Below, piece by piece: positions 16,723 through 25,650 of a stretch of DNA of 25,819 nt (position 1 is its first letter; each line of letters begins with the position of its first letter). A program made the translations under genes and the position numbers. The notes beneath the pieces are model-generated. The model did not search any database, had not been told where the DNA came from, and was given only the letters and a program-made list of their open reading frames with translations. The stretch is from a virus (taxonomy: Duplodnaviria; Caudoviricetes): IMG/VR virus record IMGVR_UViG_3300037462_000286, positions 1 to 25,819 of that record. One strand, given 5' to 3'.

Positions 16723-19295
16723 ACCATTTAGTTAAATTTATCCTCAAGTCGCCCGGCGAACTAGATTTGTCCCCGGACTACGCCCCGATCAACTGGGCGG
16801 ATTGCGATTTCGGGCTGAAAAGAGACCCGGCTGTACATGGCATCTTTGAAATATCCAATGCTCCGATCCAGTTTCAGCTCGCGTACAAGGACTTTGTTTT
16901 AAAGCAGTATGATTTGCGCGGCATTGACGCGGTTTGCGAAGTCGTTATCGAAGTGCTTGTTGAGGACACTAGATACATTCAAGTCTTTTCCGGGTTTATT
17001 GATTTTTCAACGCTTGAAAAAGTGCGCCGGGTGGAGGATCACCGGGCGTTATTACCAACCCCGGACGATTATTTGTATGTGGAATGTGAAATCTTGCCAA
17101 ATGACCCAGCCCAAAAGTTGAGGGAGAGGGCGGGCATAAAAATAGAAGCAAATAGGCAGCTTTCCGCCGAGGGGGTTGTTTTGGAAAACTATGAAATGCC
17201 TATTGACTTATCGCTGCATAGCCAGGCCATTTTCCGGGGCGTTTATCTGTTTATGAGCAGTATGGAGGGGATCGGGTGGCCTGACGGATTAATTTACGAT
17301 TACGATTTGAGGTTTGCAACAAATAACGGTTTCTGGGTTCGAGACGAGGTCTCCACTCCCAATATACCGCCGCAATTTGGGGGCATAAAATACACAATTA
17401 AAAACCCTGGGGCTACTGGCCCGTTTACATTTACGCACGCGGGGCGGCTAAAAATAGAATATACAATACTTGCCGATTTCCCGGCTTTCGTAGGCTTTGT
17501 AATGGAGCTGTTCTACATTGTAAAAAACGGCCCAAGCGAAACAATGACCGTTTACGAAACCATATTTTTGGATAACGCCCAGGGCACAATTGAACGCAAT
17601 GTATTATACGAACAGACGTTTAACATAAATGAAAATGAATACTTCTTTGCTGGTGTGTTAATAACTGGAGACTTTGGCAATGACCCAGGCGAGGGCACCC
17701 TTACGGTCAATTTTACTTTTGAGGGAGATTTAGCAATAGCAAACGCAAGCCAACGGCCAGCTAGCACCGCACAATCTTACCTTGTGTTTGAAGCCCTGCA
17801 AAAAGCGATAGATTTTTGTACGGACAAATCTACTCTTTTGGATAGCTTTACGTTCGGCCGCGTTGACAGCACGCCGACGGCCTACCCATCCGATGGGTTG
17901 CACTCAATTACGGCATTAACCAGCGGGTTGAGCATACGTAGTGTAGCAAATCCTAAAGCCCCGCAATATTCGTTCAAAGAACTGTTCGACAACCTAAATG
18001 CCTGTTTTTGTTTGGGTTGGGGGCCAAAAAGGAATAATAATGTTGTAAGGATAGAGGTAGAAAGGCGGGATTATTTCTATCAAAACGAGGTCATTGCCCG
18101 GTTTGATTGGGTGGAAAATATTAATGTTCGTGCCGCGTCCGAGCTGTATTTCCAAAAAGCAACTTTTGGGTTTTCAAAGTTTGAGACCACCGAAAGCGAA
18201 AACAGTTTAGATGAATTTTGCACCCAGCACCAGCGTTTTAATTTGATCAAAAACACAAACAATTCTTACGATTCCGTTTGCGGCTTCGTGGCGTCTGGCT
18301 ATGCGATTGAGCGGTTGAGGAGAATTATTTTTGAAGGCGATCCAACCAAGGGCGACAAGTATGACGAAGACACATTTATTATCGCTTCTCGCCGCAACAA
18401 TGCAGGGTTTTTGGCCCAAAAGAACGAGGATTTTGAGCTAGTAGAAGGTTGCTTTTCGCCCTCAACTCGATATAATTTAAACCTTTCCCCTGCCCGTAAT
18501 TTTACCCGACATTTGAAGTGGCTAAATTCCGGGTTAGTAAAGGCCCGCAATGACCTTTCCAAATGGCAATTTGCTAGCGGCGAAGGCAATGTAAACCTAT
18601 TAACAAGAAACGGGGATGACTTCTATTTTGCCGACAACTTACTGGAGCGGCAAGATTTGCTTGTAGCACAAACCGACGAGGCTATTTTTGTGCCCGAATT
18701 TATCCAATTTGTTGCGCCCTTGGATTTGCCGCTTTGGGAAAAGCTGCTTATTGGCATCAACAAATACAAGATTATAGAGGTCTCCAATAGCGATCAAAAT
18801 CATCTAAGAGGCTGGATTTGGGATTTTAACATCCAGCCACAAGAAGGGCAGGCCTGGAGCATGGCAATAACTTTGCTCGTTGCCAAAAGCGGGCTTAGGC
18901 CAGCCCCCCCGCCCGTGGAGCCGCCTCCTTCCAATTCCTTTGGCCTTGCGTTTGTCGCCAACACGTTTGTTACTATAACCAGGCCCGGGGCGAATGCAAG
19001 CATCGAGTTTAGGGGGATGTTCGGTGTGGATGGAGTAGCCGACCTAAGCGATCTCCTTCAGATTGGCGAGCAGGTTGTAATTAGGTGGTTCAACAACGGC
19101 ACATTAACAACCGAAACGATGGTCGTTGCGCCGCAAATATCAGGGGTTGCGAATTTGGTAATTTTTACACAGCCCTTCTCGGCTATTCCAGGAAGCACGC
19201 AATTCAACGGAATTAACATGAAAATTAGAGTGGTATCGACTGGGGAAATACTTAAATTTGGGCCACAAGTGGACTTGTTGGTTCCTAATCCGTAA
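16719..19295 (+). CDS. Large tail-tip / baseplate hub protein
   Basis: 858 aa, ATGA overlap with the tape measure gene, beta-rich; Pro linker before a C-terminal domain. Confidence 0.7.
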   Translation: MNHLVKFILKSPGELDLSPDYAPINWADCDFGLKRDPAVHGIFEISNAPIQFQLAYKDFVLKQYDLRGIDAVCEVVIEVLVEDTRYIQVFSGFIDFSTLEKVRRVEDHRALLPTPDDYLYVECEILPNDPAQKLRERAGIKIEANRQLSAEGVVLENYEMPIDLSLHSQAIFRGVYLFMSSMEGIGWPDGLIYDYDLRFATNNGFWVRDEVSTPNIPPQFGGIKYTIKNPGATGPFTFTHAGRLKIEYTILADFPAFVGFVMELFYIVKNGPSETMTVYETIFLDNAQGTIERNVLYEQTFNINENEYFFAGVLITGDFGNDPGEGTLTVNFTFEGDLAIANASQRPASTAQSYLVFEALQKAIDFCTDKSTLLDSFTFGRVDSTPTAYPSDGLHSITALTSGLSIRSVANPKAPQYSFKELFDNLNACFCLGWGPKRNNNVVRIEVERRDYFYQNEVIARFDWVENINVRAASELYFQKATFGFSKFETTESENSLDEFCTQHQRFNLIKNTNNSYDSVCGFVASGYAIERLRRIIFEGDPTKGDKYDEDTFIIASRRNNAGFLAQKNEDFELVEGCFSPSTRYNLNLSPARNFTRHLKWLNSGLVKARNDLSKWQFASGEGNVNLLTRNGDDFYFADNLLERQDLLVAQTDEAIFVPEFIQFVAPLDLPLWEKLLIGINKYKIIEVSNSDQNHLRGWIWDFNIQPQEGQAWSMAITLLVAKSGLRPAPPPVEPPPSNSFGLAFVANTFVTITRPGANASIEFRGMFGVDGVADLSDLLQIGEQVVIRWFNNGTLTTETMVVAPQISGVANLVIFTQPFSAIPGSTQFNGINMKIRVVSTGEILKFGPQVDLLVPNP

Positions 19296-19299
19296 AAAA

Positions 19300-20994
19300 A
19301 TGAGAGTATTTAGAAGTAATGGATTGAGGTTTTACACGGTTAACGAATCGCTAGTCCCAAATGGAACTAGATTCCTAAATTTGCCCTATTCTCGCCAAAA
19401 AATCGCACACCAGGTTAACAATTTCTGCCCCGGAAACTGGGCCTGGTTTAACGACATTGTTCGGGTGCAAGTTGAATCCGACACCGTGCCGACCTGGGCA
19501 GTTAGAAACGACGCGGGCGCAACCTTGGCAAGCGGCGGGTTTACGGACACGGGGGCACTTAGCCCAGGTGGCACCAGCAATGTCTGGTGGGCGACAATCA
19601 ACCTGGCCGGGATTGCGAACAAAACCCCAAACCTAACTATTTTGCTACAAAATACGGGGGGCGCGCGGTTCCTTTCCGAGCCGATTAACGACATCGGGCG
19701 CAAAGGGCTAAAATTTTCCTATTCCAATTACGTAGAAAATTACGATTACGGGGCCTACCGCAACTGCTTGGAAATGGTTGGTTATGTGCGGGGGCAATTA
19801 ATCGATTACATTTTGCCAACGGACAAGGTTGTTTGGCAAGATGCAAAGGGTAGATTTAGAAATTTGATACACAATTGGCACGATGGGCGAACGCTCAAAA
19901 CCGAGTGGCTGACGTGGTTTGAAATACAAATATTGCAGGCGGCACTACACCACGATGTGGTAAAGATTAGCGAGAATACGGGCACCGAAATCGTTACATC
20001 GCAATACGAAATATTGCGCGAAAACGCGGGCAGCCTGAACCGCCCCAACGAATCTTACCAGGGCTACGTTTACGAGGTGCCCCTCGTTGAGGTGGGCACC
20101 TTTGGCCGTCGGTTGGGCAACCCTGTAAATCCGTTAAACGCACTATTGGTTACATTTTTGCCAGAGACAAACATAACGGCGAGCGGATTTACAATAAATT
20201 GGCAGCCCGTGCCCGGCGCGGTTAGTTATACTGTTAGGCTATCCACCAGTCCAAATTTTGGGGCCGGAACGCAAACCTTTACGGGCGTACTGGGCGCGTC
20301 CTACGCTTTCTCGGGCCTGTCGCCTTGCACAAAGTACTACTACGCGGTTTCGGCTATTTCTTGCGATGGGGCCAGCCCATTTGCCACCAACACCAACCAG
20401 CACCGCCAAACCGTGCATTTCCGGGGCAACTTCTTGGCGGCAACCCTGTTTTTTGATGAGAAAATAAACGGGCTTGTTGTAAACAATATTTTTAATAACG
20501 CGGTTGGCGTGGCCTACAAAATACAGCCGGGCAACGTGCCAGACCCGGCGGGCAGTTCGTGGGCTTTGCTGCCCGCCTTGACCCTTTCGCAATTGCAAAA
20601 CAATATAAATTTGCAATCGGGAACCTACACGGTTTTGGCGTTTTGTAATAGCATTTCGGTTGGGGCCGATGCACTTTTGGAGTTTGTTTATTTTGTGCCC
20701 TTTTTCTGGGTTCGGTTCGGATGCACCACTTACAATTTTGCTAACGGAATTTCGCACGATGTATTTTTGGGCGGAACCCGGCGGATGCAAATAGAAAACA
20801 TTGCATTAACCACGGGCACGGTTTTGGGGTACGAATTAGTTACAAGTGCCTCGCAAGGGGTGGTTAACTTTAACCAAACGCAGGCCCAAGTAAACGCGCA
20901 AATTGCGGCCCTGCAACCAGCGCAATCGTACATGGTTGGCGTTTATGTATCTAATCCAGCCGCAACCGCAACAATAGACGTAACTTATTTGTAA
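19300..20994 (+). CDS. Tail protein with a fibronectin type III domain
   Basis: NITASGFTINWQPVPGAVSYTV...SYAFSGLSPCTKYYYAVSA is FN3; ATG follows an A-run. Confidence 0.8.
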   Translation: MRVFRSNGLRFYTVNESLVPNGTRFLNLPYSRQKIAHQVNNFCPGNWAWFNDIVRVQVESDTVPTWAVRNDAGATLASGGFTDTGALSPGGTSNVWWATINLAGIANKTPNLTILLQNTGGARFLSEPINDIGRKGLKFSYSNYVENYDYGAYRNCLEMVGYVRGQLIDYILPTDKVVWQDAKGRFRNLIHNWHDGRTLKTEWLTWFEIQILQAALHHDVVKISENTGTEIVTSQYEILRENAGSLNRPNESYQGYVYEVPLVEVGTFGRRLGNPVNPLNALLVTFLPETNITASGFTINWQPVPGAVSYTVRLSTSPNFGAGTQTFTGVLGASYAFSGLSPCTKYYYAVSAISCDGASPFATNTNQHRQTVHFRGNFLAATLFFDEKINGLVVNNIFNNAVGVAYKIQPGNVPDPAGSSWALLPALTLSQLQNNINLQSGTYTVLAFCNSISVGADALLEFVYFVPFFWVRFGCTTYNFANGISHDVFLGGTRRMQIENIALTTGTVLGYELVTSASQGVVNFNQTQAQVNAQIAALQPAQSYMVGVYVSNPAATATIDVTYL

Positions 20995-20996
20995 AA

Positions 20997-21845
20997 ATGA
21001 ACAGCACATTAGTAGGCGTTAGGGGAGACGGACAGAGAAGAGGGCACCGCACCTTTGCCGGGGCGTTGCAACTGGATGGGATTAACGACATTTTGGGCGG
21101 CGAATCTTCAGGCGGGGGAATAGCAAGTATTGTAAACGCCCTGGGATTTGACAATAGGTGGGCATTGTCGATGTGGGTGGATACTTTTAACAATAGCGAT
21201 TACAACTTCTTAAACTTTTTAAGAACCACGCGCAGCCTGTTTGCTGGTAACTGGAACCAGTCGCAACTGTACCTGACGTACGGAGGCGCAACAAAATCAT
21301 TTTCGCTTGCCGGGGTGCAGTCTTTGGTGTTGCCAGCAGTGGCCACCTACGCAAGCGCAAGGAGCTGGCCAGCAACGACCTGGAGGCACCTAATAATCAA
21401 CCACAATCCAACATCAACCTCGCAAAGCAGGGTCAGTTTTTACGACAATTCTGTAAAAAGCCCGGACGCGCCACCGTTTGTGAGCCAAAGCCCCGCCTCT
21501 TTAAGCCCAGCAACAACAAACAATATAATTGGGATTGGCGCGTACTCCTACAATGGACTTTCTTTTACTTATTTGCCTATACGAATTGCCGACCTTGTCA
21601 TATTAAGCAATTACAACATTACAGACGCGCAAGCCCGGCGAATGTACAATGTTGGCACAAACACGGTTTACGCAAATTACCCGGCGCAAGTATTAACCAA
21701 CCGTCACGCCCATTACCCGCTAGGGGCATCCGCCGATTTTACGGTTTCTGGCACCAACCTTTTCGCAAACGACATAAGCGGAAACGGGCGGAATTTGCAA
21801 GTTTTCGGCCAGGGAACCACACCTAATATTGTAGCATTTTTGTAA
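20997..21845 (+). CDS. LamG / concanavalin A-like lectin domain protein, putative receptor-binding protein
   Basis: ALQLDGIND, WALSMWV, TWRHLII, SFYDN, IGIGA, IADLVI...ITDAQARRMYN. Confidence 0.75.
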   Translation: MNSTLVGVRGDGQRRGHRTFAGALQLDGINDILGGESSGGGIASIVNALGFDNRWALSMWVDTFNNSDYNFLNFLRTTRSLFAGNWNQSQLYLTYGGATKSFSLAGVQSLVLPAVATYASARSWPATTWRHLIINHNPTSTSQSRVSFYDNSVKSPDAPPFVSQSPASLSPATTNNIIGIGAYSYNGLSFTYLPIRIADLVILSNYNITDAQARRMYNVGTNTVYANYPAQVLTNRHAHYPLGASADFTVSGTNLFANDISGNGRNLQVFGQGTTPNIVAFL

Positions 21846-21850
21846 AAAGC

Positions 21851-22153
21851 ATGAGAACATATTACGTATTCAATTCCGAAAAAATTCCAATGGCAGAACA
21901 GCTAATTGGAGCCTCGCAAGGCCAAGGGTTTTTTGATTTTAAGGAGCATCAAAAATTGGTTCGGGAAACCAATTTGCCACTTTCCAACACACAAACCGAA
22001 AAGCTAAAACACTTTCGGAAAGTATTGGTTTTAGAAACGGATTTTGATGAATCTGACGCGCAAATCCGCGCAGCGGCCGAGGCGGAAAGTGAGTTTTTTA
22101 ACGACAATGCGTTTGAGATTTTAGACTACTTAAACCAACCGGACAATGTATAA
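21851..22153 (+). CDS. Hypothetical acidic protein
   Basis: 100 aa, tightly packed in the operon, no TM segment. Confidence 0.7.
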   Translation: MRTYYVFNSEKIPMAEQLIGASQGQGFFDFKEHQKLVRETNLPLSNTQTEKLKHFRKVLVLETDFDESDAQIRAAAEAESEFFNDNAFEILDYLNQPDNV

Positions 22154-22613
22154 TTGGAGCGAAAGCAAATACTTCAAATCCAGCGAATTTGACAGCCGGG
22201 ATTTGCCAGGATCGGGCGTAAACATGCGCCCCGAGTTTATGAAAATGCTTGAGTTCGCCCGCGAAATAGCAGGGATTGAATTTAAAATTAATTCAGGCTA
22301 CAGGACAATTTCAAGAAATAGATCGGTGGGCGGAAGGCCAAACAGCGCGCACCTTCTTGGCCTTGCCGCCGATATTTCGGCAAAAACCGAGGCGCAATTT
22401 ACGAACATATTACATGCTTGCATTCTTGCTGGGTTCGATCGGATTGGGATTATGGAAACGGCAATACACGTAGATTGCAACCCGGCCCAAAATCCCGCAA
22501 TGTGGTCTTACGATCCCGACAGCGAAATTCAACATCGCCGCACGAAAATATTCAAGCACGCAAACGATTTTTATCGTTTTTTAAAATCAAAGGGATTTAT
22601 TGTTTTAACCTAA
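22146..22613 (+). CDS. Peptidase M15 family endolysin
   Basis: SEFDS, INSGYRT..RN..VGG..NSAHLLGLAADI, IHVD zinc-ligand motifs. Confidence 0.9.
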   Translation: MYNWSESKYFKSSEFDSRDLPGSGVNMRPEFMKMLEFAREIAGIEFKINSGYRTISRNRSVGGRPNSAHLLGLAADISAKTEAQFTNILHACILAGFDRIGIMETAIHVDCNPAQNPAMWSYDPDSEIQHRRTKIFKHANDFYRFLKSKGFIVLT

Positions 22614-22623
22614 AACCACAAAA

Positions 22624-24651
22624 ATGAAACGCATTTTATTTGTCATCCTCCTTCTTTTGCCCGCGCTGGCAAACGCCCAGATTACATACGACAACGTAAA
22701 TAAAATAGCCACCATCGCCGCGCCTAATTTTGGGCCGAGCGTGGTTGTTGGGCTTAGCAACGCCGCGCCAGAATTCGATAATACAGTAGTTAGCGGCTGG
22801 ACGGTGCGCGTGAACGGCTCGGCCAGCATTGCCAGGATAGAGTTCCACAACCTAAATGGTGCCCCGGATGGTATTAAAATTACCAATTACAACGATCAGG
22901 TTCGGATCGTCGATGACGGCATAAATTTTATAAACTGCCGAAACGTAACTATCGCGGGCGACTTGCAAGGCACCAGGGTTAGAAACGCAAACAATCCGGC
23001 CGATACCTGCTACATGGGCTTCGTTACCGACCACACAACAAAGTATTTTGGCGCATTGGAGGCCTTTCGCACGGGCGGGGCCTTTCCGGCCAACTTAAGG
23101 GATGGTTTTTCTGTTACAGGCACCTCGAGCGGCGACATTACTTTTAGGCAATGTTACATAAAAAATTGCTCCGGGGCCGGCTTTAAATCTAACCAAGCAA
23201 CCGCCGCCGATAGCATGTCGATTTACGATAGCCGCGTGCACGGCACTATCCAGGAGGCGGTTTACTTTGGCCCCACGTCCGGCACCGACATCGTACACAA
23301 TGTAGTAAGAATCGAGCGTTGCGAATTTTGGAACACCTACCGAAACGCGGTGCAGGTAGTGGGCGTGGGATCGGTTAATATTTTTAACAAAAACGAGGTG
23401 AAAAACGCCTCCTTGGCCCAGCCTCCAGGCTCGGGGCAGGGCGGGGGCTTTGCGTGTAACGGATTCGGCCCCAATCTGCGCGTGGAAGTAACCAACAATG
23501 TTTTTAGAAACGTAAACGGCGAACTTTTGGGCTTTTTTATGAACACCCCTACCAACACAACCGCCGTCTTAGCTACTTATGTAATCGAGAACAATCTTTT
23601 CGACAAAGTACTATCCCCAGCGTATTTTAACAATCGTTCGGCCGGGACAAACAAGCGCACTAGTGTTAAGTTTTTAAACAACACAATGTTGTTTGGGAGC
23701 CTTACCCAAATCTATCCTAACCTAATCCCCTTACCCACCAACGGCCCGCCATTTACATACACGCCGCCCGACTTGTCGTTAGGCGCGGACGGGGTGGCGG
23801 TCTTTTTCGAGGCACCCACCAATTCCGCCAATACAGATACCTTGGTTTATGCTAACAATATTATTGTCAATCCCGGCGTTGTCAACCCCGCGACCTTCAA
23901 CCCGCTTAACGCCCGAGCCAATTTGGCCAGCAATGGCACCGATCCGGCAACCGGCCTGGCCCGTCGTCGCGATAACATACTTCAAATCAACGAGTTAGGT
24001 ATCGGATTTGGCTCGCCAACAACCGTTGAGCTTGCTGCAAATGCCATTCCGCGTAGCGTATCATATCCCGATTACCGGGTGCAAGGCGCTAATGCCACGC
24101 GCGGTGCGCGGTTAATCGGATTAACAAGAATGGGATGGCCCGCAATCGATCAAACGCCGCCACTAACTCCAGACACGCCCACTTTTTCGGGCATCACGCA
24201 GACGAGCGCAACTGCAACAACGCAAGGCAGCAACAGCACGGACGTTGCTCGTTATGTATTCTTTTTAAACAATGTGGCGGTTGCGGATAGCTCGATTAAT
24301 TTGTCTAGAAATTTTACAAACCTAATGCCCGCAACAGAGTACCAAGTGCGAATACAGGCGGTTGATGCCGATGGAAACAGAAGCAGAATTACGGCCGTTA
24401 GGAGGTTTAACACGTTAGCTGCGGTTCAAACAACTGTAATAAAAAGGGGAAATAACATTGTAGAAATTACAATGCCGAACGGGCGGGTAATTTCCTGTCA
24501 TAAAACGGCGCTTGGGTTTGAAGGGAAGGTTAACGTATTCACTTTATTTGCCCCTGGCCAATCGCCAATCAATGTTAAATTAGGTGATTTGCTTCCGGCA
24601 CAGGCAACTTTTCAAGCCGCCCTAACCTATTTGCAGTCGCTTATCGAATAG
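22624..24651 (+). CDS. Signal-peptide-bearing right-handed beta-helix (pectin-lyase-like) protein with an FN3 domain
   Basis: MKRILFVILLLLPALANA|Q; Asn/Ile ladders NCRNVTIAG, ITFRQCYI, VRIERCEF, VEVTNNVF, VIENNLF, FLNNTM, YANNII; FN3 DQTPPLTP...NLMPATEYQVRIQAVDADGNRS. Confidence 0.8.
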   Translation: MKRILFVILLLLPALANAQITYDNVNKIATIAAPNFGPSVVVGLSNAAPEFDNTVVSGWTVRVNGSASIARIEFHNLNGAPDGIKITNYNDQVRIVDDGINFINCRNVTIAGDLQGTRVRNANNPADTCYMGFVTDHTTKYFGALEAFRTGGAFPANLRDGFSVTGTSSGDITFRQCYIKNCSGAGFKSNQATAADSMSIYDSRVHGTIQEAVYFGPTSGTDIVHNVVRIERCEFWNTYRNAVQVVGVGSVNIFNKNEVKNASLAQPPGSGQGGGFACNGFGPNLRVEVTNNVFRNVNGELLGFFMNTPTNTTAVLATYVIENNLFDKVLSPAYFNNRSAGTNKRTSVKFLNNTMLFGSLTQIYPNLIPLPTNGPPFTYTPPDLSLGADGVAVFFEAPTNSANTDTLVYANNIIVNPGVVNPATFNPLNARANLASNGTDPATGLARRRDNILQINELGIGFGSPTTVELAANAIPRSVSYPDYRVQGANATRGARLIGLTRMGWPAIDQTPPLTPDTPTFSGITQTSATATTQGSNSTDVARYVFFLNNVAVADSSINLSRNFTNLMPATEYQVRIQAVDADGNRSRITAVRRFNTLAAVQTTVIKRGNNIVEITMPNGRVISCHKTALGFEGKVNVFTLFAPGQSPINVKLGDLLPAQATFQAALTYLQSLIE

Positions 24652-24676
24652 AAAAGCCCGGTCTTTGCACCGGGCT
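24652..24676 (-). terminator. Intrinsic terminator between convergent genes
   Basis: Perfect stem AGCCCGGT/ACCGGGCT, with the T-run on the minus strand. Confidence 0.75.
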
Positions 24677-24692
24677 ACCCCAAAATTATTTT

Positions 24693-24729
24693 AAAAAACC
24701 AGCCAAGCAACAATGTCGCCTGGTTGGCC
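24693..24729 (-). terminator. Second minus-strand hairpin plus U tract
   Basis: GGCCAACCAGGCGAC-ATT-GTTGCTTGGCTGGTT followed by Ts; its G-U pairs form only on the minus strand. Confidence 0.65.
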
Positions 24730-24762
24730 TGCACTATCAACAAACGAGAGCAAATTTAATGT

Positions 24763-24957
24763 TTAATTTAAAAATTGCCATGCCACAGACATAAAAGCGA
24801 AAAAAAAGTTTACGCAAAAGCCTATTGCAAACGGCATTGGGCTATGGTCGATACCTGGATCGTACTTAATTAGGCGTTTAATTAACTCGATGCCGTGCCA
24901 GATTACGATAGCGCACCACCAGGTCAGAGGGTGCATTAGGAAAGATACAATAGTCAT
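24763..24957 (-). CDS. Small two-TM membrane protein
   Basis: 64 aa, hydrophobic segments LTWWCAIVIWHGIELI and FAIGFCVNFFFAFMSVAW; A-rich leader. Confidence 0.6.
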   Translation of the reverse strand: MTIVSFLMHPLTWWCAIVIWHGIELIKRLIKYDPGIDHSPMPFAIGFCVNFFFAFMSVAWQFLN

Positions 24958-24997
24958 TTTTTTAATGTTTTTAATATTTTTTTTCAAAAAAAATATT

Positions 24998-25255
24998 TTA
25001 AAAGCGATGCGGATCGTAGCCAAGAGTCTCTACTGCTGCCTCTAGCGCATCCAGCACGGCCATAATCCGCTGGGTGCGGGCCCCGTGGGCATAGGGAGCC
25101 CGTTTGGCCCGGCTCCATTCCCACAGGTCGGAGCGCCCTAGGTTCAGGCTTAGGGATAGCTCCTGGAGCCTAAGCAGGTCGCGGTTCTGGGCCAGGTAGG
25201 CGCGCAGGTTGGCCGCCCGGGGGGGTTCGGGGGGGGCTTTGGGTTTGCGGGGCAT
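24998..25255 (-). CDS. Putative HTH DNA-binding protein
   Basis: LRLQELSLSLNLGRSDLWEWSRAKRAP resembles an HTH followed by an amphipathic helix. Confidence 0.55.
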   Translation of the reverse strand: MPRKPKAPPEPPRAANLRAYLAQNRDLLRLQELSLSLNLGRSDLWEWSRAKRAPYAHGARTQRIMAVLDALEAAVETLGYDPHRF

Positions 25256-25262
25256 TCGAGGG

Positions 25263-25444
25263 CTAGTGTTTTTTTACCGGGTAAACAGGCCCCGTGTATT
25301 TGTATGTTTGCCTTAACTCTTCTAGTTGTTCTTCGGTTACTTTCCGTAAGCCGCCCGGCTCTACCATTACGCCAAACTGGGCGGGCTGATCTTCTTTTCC
25401 TGCTAGGGGGCTTGGTTTTTTACGTCTTTTTTTGTGGGTTCCAT
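25263..25444 (-). CDS. Small hypothetical protein, start uncertain or frameshifted
   Basis: Open frame ends at 25263; the best-context ATG (25444) is out of frame by one base at an A7 run. Confidence 0.35.
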
Positions 25445-25580
25445 TTTTTTGTGGTTTTTGGGTGGTTAAAATTCCCGTGGCCGGGGTGGCGGCCACGGGG
25501 GGGGTTAGTAACGGAGTGTTTCGCGGTATTGCTCTTTGTTTCCCGTCCGGGTCGTTTAAGGTTTCTAAGTAATTATACGG

Positions 25581-25612
25581 CAAAGTTACAGCTATGGTTG
25601 CGACTTTGCAAG
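25581..25612 (-). promoter_or_regulatory. Bacteroidota primary-sigma promoter, leftward
   Basis: Minus strand CTTG-N20-TAACTTTG. Confidence 0.65.
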
Positions 25613-25617
25613 GGTTT

Positions 25618-25650
25618 TTACAAAATATTTTGTAAGTAGTTGATTATCAA
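25618..25650. promoter_or_regulatory. 18-bp perfect palindrome with an overlapping IHF-consensus site
   Basis: TTACAAAATATTTTGTAA (25618-25635); minus strand AATCAACTACTTA fits WATCAANNNNTTR (25633-25645). Confidence 0.55.

Noticed and set aside
14304-16727. Long minus-strand ORFs (286, 135, 136 and 189 aa) opposite the tape measure gene
   Set aside because: Antisense shadows of an Ala/Gly-rich coding frame, with no motifs or initiation context
4854-22613. Gene transfer agent interpretation prompted by the terminase C-terminus
   Set aside because: Methylases, a nuclease, gpF and phage-type small early genes, with no host flanks, fit a genuine phage better
20997-24651. Possible diversity-generating retroelement or invertible tail-fibre system
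   Set aside because: No reverse transcriptase, invertase or template/variable repeat pair was seen
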